Assembly (NCBI GenBank): GCA_030264375.1
Contig: JASCQW010000072.1
Location: 83,488,017 to 83,552,016, forward strand
From: Carcharhinus longimanus
Lineage: Eukaryota
Length of the DNA: 64,000 nucleotides
Direction of reading: 5' to 3'
The notes beneath the pieces were generated by a model. That model searched no databases, was not told where the DNA came from, and saw only the letters and a program-made list of their open reading frames with translations. Positions 58,880 to 64,000 of the stretch are shown here, piece after piece; position 1 is the first letter of the stretch; each line of letters begins with the position of its first letter. The translations under genes and the position numbers were made by a program.

Positions 58880-61075
58880 GGACCAATCAGCCCACCTTGT
58901 CTATGCTGGCCTACTGAAGGAACAATTTACCTAGTGCCACACTCCTGCCTTCGTACTGTAGCCCTGTAAATACTCTCTTTTCAGAAAACAATCCAATTCC
59001 CTTTGGAAATCCTCAACCAACCCTGCTGCCACCACACTGTCAGGCAGTGCATTCCAGATCCTGATAACTCACAGTATGAAGAGGTTTTTTGTAATATTGC
59101 CATTGCTACTTTTGCTAATTCCTTTGCTCTGTACCCACTGGTTCTTGATCCTATAACCAATGGGAACAGTTTCTCCCCATCTATTCTCTCCAAACTTCTC
59201 ATGATTTTGAATATCTTTATCAAATCTTCACTCAACATAACTTCTCCATTATTTCCAAGTAACTAAAATTCCTCAACTCTGGAAGATATTCACATTCTGC
59301 AACTTCTCTAATGCCTTCACTTCCTTCCTAAAGTGTGGCAGACAGAAGTGGGTGCAATTCTTCAGTTGAGGCTGAATCAGGTGTTCTGGGGAAGTTTAAC
59401 ATTACTTCCTTGCCTTTGTACCCCATGCCTCTATTGTGAAAGCCCATGCTGACATCGGCTTTATTATTAGCTCTGTCAACCTACCACCTTCAATGACTTA
59501 TGCACTTGTACACCCAGGTCCCAATGTTCCTGCATCCAATTTAGAATTGTACCTTTTATATTATCGCTCTGCATTCTTACGACCAAAACAAAATACTTCA
59601 CACATCTTTGCATTAAATTTCATCTGCCACTTTTCTGCCTATTACATCAAACTATGTTCTTTGAAGTTCTAGACTATCCTCATGGTTCACAATAATTCCA
59701 AGTTTTGGATCACCCACACACTTTGAAATTGTGCCTTGTACACCAAGGCCTAGATAATTAATGTGCATCAGAAACAGCAAGGGTGCCAATACTAGCCTCT
59801 GATGAACTCCACCTACAAATCTTCATCTAGCCCAAAAAACATCCATCAACCACTACTTGCAATTTCATGTTGCTCACCCAATTTTGTGTCCATGTTACTA
59901 TTGTGTCTGTTATTCCATGAGTTCTAAGTTTGTGAACAAGTCTGGTATGTGGCACTTTGTCTTTTGGAAGCTCTTGTACACCACATCAATACAATATCTT
60001 CTTCGACCCTCCTTGTTACCTCATCAAAAGACTCAAACAGATTAATTAAAATGTCTTTAGCATTTTCCGGAGTAAACATTAATTTTAGTCCTGAATGATC
60101 ATTTCTAAAAGCTTTCCCACCACTGAGGTTAAGCTGACTGCCCTGTATGTGCTGAATTTATATTTACATATCCTTTTTTTTGAACAAGGGTGCAACATTA
60201 AAGATTCTCCAGTCCTTTGGCATTGCACTCAAGTCAAAGAAAGATTGAAAAATGGTACCCAGTGTCAGCACATTTGTCACTCTCACTTCCTTCTAAATCC
60301 TATGATGCATCTCATTCTGGTGCCTTTTTAACTTCTAAGTACAGACAGCCTCTGCAACATCCCAACATCAAAATTGAACTTTAAGCATCCAAACTACTTT
60401 CTCTTTCACATTGATCTGAGCAGCCTCTTCCTCCTTCATCAAGGCAGACGCAAATTATTCATTTAGTACCTCAGCCGTGCTCCCTGCCTCCACGTGCAAA
60501 TCCCATTTTTGACCACTAATTTGCCCTGCCCCTCCTCTTAACATTCTTTTACTACTTATATGCCCATAGAAGATTTTTTTGGATTCCATTTTGTGTTAGC
60601 TGCCAGCCTCTTCTCATACTCACTCTCTGCTTCTTAGTTCAAGCCCAGTCAAGTATATTTGTGCAATCTCTTCTTTATAGTTTGTTGGTCAGTTAGTTTT
60701 TCCTGCCAATTGTCGTTTCCCTTTTATCTGGGCCAGATCTATTCATCCCCCTGAAGTTGGCTTTTCCCCCAGTTAACTAATGTTACTCTGGATTGCTCTT
60801 GTATTTTTCAATAGCCAACTTAAATTTTATGGTGCAATGATTACTGTTTCCTAAGTATTCACCGACAGACACTTGGTCCACTTAGTTCACCTCATTCCAA
60901 AGAAGCAGGTGCAGCAAAGCCTTCTTTCTAGTAAATGTATTGCTGTTGAAAATTTTCCAGAATGTTCTTGGAATTTCTGTCCCTCTCTGCCCTTTGCACC
61001 ATTACTATCTCAGTCTATATTCAAATATAGAAAGTTCTCCATTATAATGATTCTATAACTCTTGCACCTCTGCGA
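58880..61075 (-). mobile_element. Long decayed CR1-like LINE
   Basis: Minus frame EDLIKIFKIMRSLERIDGEKLFPL..GSRTSG; further decayed ORF2 text to ~61075. Confidence 0.85.
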
Positions 61076-61188
61076 AATTTCGGCGGGAATTCTCTGAACG
61101 CTCACGCCAACAGGATTCCAGGTCCTATCAGCAGTGCAAGCCTTGCTATAGGTTTCCCCGTGGAGTGGGGTGACTCCAATGGGCAATG

Positions 61189-61513
61189 CGGCCGCATTGT
61201 GGCACACTGGTTAGCACTGCTGCCTCTTAGTGCCAGGGACCTCGGTTCGANNNNATTCCTGGCTTTAGACCATTGTCTATGTGGAGCTTGCACATTCTCC
61301 CCATGTGCATGGGTTTCTCTGAACGCTCCAGTTTCTTCCCATAGTCCAAAGATGTGCAGGTTAAGTGGATTGGCCATGCTAAATTGTCCCTTAGTTTCTG
61401 GTGGACTAGCTAGGGTAAATGCATGGGGTTATGGGGATAGGGCCTGCGTGGATTTGAGGATGGTACAGACTCAATGGGCCAAATACACGCCTCCTGCACT
61501 GTAGAATTCTATG
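61189..61513 (+). mobile_element. HE1-like V-SINE, tail A
   Basis: gtggcacactggttagcactgctgcc...gactcaatgggcc...gcactgtagaattctatg. Confidence 0.9.
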
Positions 61514-62152
61514 CCAACTCCTGCCACTGAGAAGAACTCTGAGGGGAAGCTAGAGAATCTTGCCCTTCCTTGTAGATTTACTTAAATGTTACTTATTAAA
61601 ACACTGATCAATACAAAACAGTAATTTCAAATTTTTTTTGCACTGTCTATAACAGTATTGGATCTGATATATGAAAGTATAATGACAAGAATAAGTCAAT
61701 TTAAGCACAGTATCATTTAATGATCTTCAGCATTCAGCTCCTATTCTAAGCAGTATCTCTGTTAACCTCGAGTAGATCTTATGCTGCAATTGTACTGCAC
61801 CCAACTGTCTGTCCCCAGTAATACTTCATATCAGTGCTGTTGCACAACATGAGGTAAACGGTCCAATTTAAAAATTCCATTGCGAGGTTCCTGTTTATAC
61901 AGTCACTTGAAGGTTAGTCAAAGTATCAAACTTTGACAAACGAACAAAGAACAAAACCCCATTAATTCAAACCTCTCCTGTTCATTCTCCCCACTCTATG
62001 TGAATGAAGTCAATTTGGTAAGAGATAAAATGAAAATTAAATCTGTTTCAAAATATTCCAAAGTCATATCTTTACTTCTCACTTTATTTTAAGCTGTGGA
62101 CAAAATTGCAAATCTAAAACGGACTTTGATAACTGCTGTTTGAAAGGAACTT

Positions 62153-62260
62153 TGTGTGTATGCAAGTACAATCATGTGCGCACATGCACACGTGCAAATG
62201 CATGTGTGTGTGTGTACACATGTGAATGTATGCGTGCGTGTGCAAACAAACACATACACC
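62153..62260. repeat. Alternating purine-pyrimidine (TG/CA) low-complexity tract
   Basis: catgtgcgcacatgcacacgtgcaaatgcatgtgtgtgtgtgtacacatgtg. Confidence 0.75.
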
Positions 62261-62691
62261 ATTTCTGGACTGGGGATTCTAACTTCAAAGGATAGCCAGC
62301 TTCTGCTGACTTGGAGGCAATCTCTGAGAGGCAAGACCACGGTCGCTTGTAGTGAGTCTACAAACAGATCCAGCAGTTAGGCAACTGTTAGCTTTAAGCT
62401 CAGCTCCCTTTTTTGCATTCCCAACACTAATCAGTCTCCAGTTGACAATCACTGCTTCATAGTAAAAATCAAAATGCAAATACAGCTCCCTCTGGCACTG
62501 TTTTCCATCAAAGGTGGACTTGTTTAGACTGTAAAAGTCAGATGAATGGACCTGACATCCTAGAACAATACAACCAGATAACAGGTAATGTGATGGAGGG
62601 GGTTTGAGAGAAGTTTGTTTGCTGGAGCAGATGAGTGAAGGAGCAGAGAGACAGATAAGAAATTACCTGTTAAAAACCTGTTTAAATAAGT

Positions 62692-63211
62692 NNNNNNNNN
62701 NNNNNNNNNNNNNNNNNNNNNNNNNNNNNNNNNNNNNNNNNNNNNNNNNNNNNNNNNNNNNNNNNNNNNNNNNNNNNNNNNNNNNNNNNNNNNNNNNNNN
62801 NNNNNNNNNNNNNNNNNNNNNNNNNNNNNNNNNNNNNNNNNNNNNNNNNNNNNNNNNNNNNNNNNNNNNNNNNNNNNNNNNNNNNNNNNNNNNNNNNNNN
62901 NNNNNNNNNNNNNNNNNNNNNNNNNNNNNNNNNNNNNNNNNNNNNNNNNNNNNNNNNNNNNNNNNNNNNNNNNNNNNNNNNNNNNNNNNNNNNNNNNNNN
63001 NNNNNNNNNNNNNNNNNNNNNNNNNNNNNNNNNNNNNNNNNNNNNNNNNNNNNNNNNNNNNNNNNNNNNNNNNNNNNNNNNNNNNNNNNNNNNNNNNNNN
63101 NNNNNNNNNNNNNNNNNNNNNNNNNNNNNNNNNNNNNNNNNNNNNNNNNNNNNNNNNNNNNNNNNNNNNNNNNNNNNNNNNNNNNNNNNNNNNNNNNNNN
63201 NNNNNNNNNNN
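62692..63211. other. Largest assembly gap (520 N); other gaps at 2777-2844, 16995-17004, 25948-26047, 38996-39233, 40627-40726, 54464-54563, 61251-61254
   Basis: Runs of n. Confidence 0.99.
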
Positions 63212-64000
63212 ACCACACATATTTCAGATTGTCATGGAGCATGGCAGACAACACCATTTAAAACTCTGGCCCTCATTCTGCACCTCTACAACACAACATA
63301 TTTCAGCGTGACATATTTCTAGTCTAACATAACTTGCCACACTTCTTTCACTCACGCGTATGTTTACAGATTCTTATCCTGCATTGTCAGCATGTCATTG
63401 TTACAGCCGTTGACCAAATGGTTTCAATGTACCCTGTACACGATTAAGGGGATAGTGAAGGGTTGTTCATGTAAATGGGCTTTGTATGGATTTTCAGAAC
63501 AAGGGCATGAACTAGTCACTGGAATTACTAAACAGTTAATGCATAAGGTGACATCCCCTCTTCATCAATTCTCTATCTTTACTGTTCATTCTGCTGCTGT
63601 AATTTCTACATAAGTTCTGTGTGGCAAGGTTGTGTAGGGTACAATACACTATTATACAGAAGACTCTAGTAGCCATGCTGTCATCTTAGTTTCAATCAGG
63701 TAGAGAGAGAATGGTTAAGTCTTGCAAATTAAACAACTTCACAACTACGTGGGTACCTGTGACTAGAGCGTCATGTTCCCGCACACTATAACTTTGTCAA
63801 TATTTTTCAAAATTTGAACAGTCTATTAAATCATGTGACTTTCTGACTTCTGAAATTCAAACAGTCCCGACTCTCATACAAATACCAAATTAAATCTGGA
63901 CATTCACAGCCATCTAGGGAATACACATAACCTTTGTTTAAGGATGGTCAACAAAAAAGCTATCGCATTCCAGATGGTTCATCCTTACTTCACCACGGAC

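Overview
Eukaryotic vertebrate genomic DNA from a draft assembly with 8 N-gaps, almost certainly a shark or ray: it carries about 25 copies of an HE1-type V-SINE plus CR1/HER1-like, L2-like and Rex1/Babar-like LINE fragments. The whole window lies inside one minus-strand gene, LSP1 (lymphocyte-specific protein 1, caldesmon family). I reconstructed eight coding exons by hand, with GT-AG boundaries and matching phases: 57249-56805, 55186-55044, 36670-36584, 24338-24092, 22369-22229, 6797-6754, 5098-5017 and >=2776-2630. Together they give about 445 codons. I did not find the first or last coding exons; they are probably outside the window. This LSP1 keeps the caldesmon-type coiled-coil exons missing from the 339-aa human protein and has an 87-nt frame-preserving candidate cassette exon with an SSRH repeat. 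The introns hold SINEs with two alternative 3' tails, Penelope-like remnants with hammerhead-ribozyme-like cores, tiny insertions flanked by target-site duplications, solo LTRs, hairpin MITE-like elements, a cryptic ~32-bp tandem array and a candidate AP-1/PU.1 enhancer. Almost all ORF-track entries are spurious repeat-derived or antisense frames. I see no prokaryote-style system (CRISPR, defence locus etc.). Family names come from recognition of sequence motifs, not database searches, and repeat boundaries are approximate.
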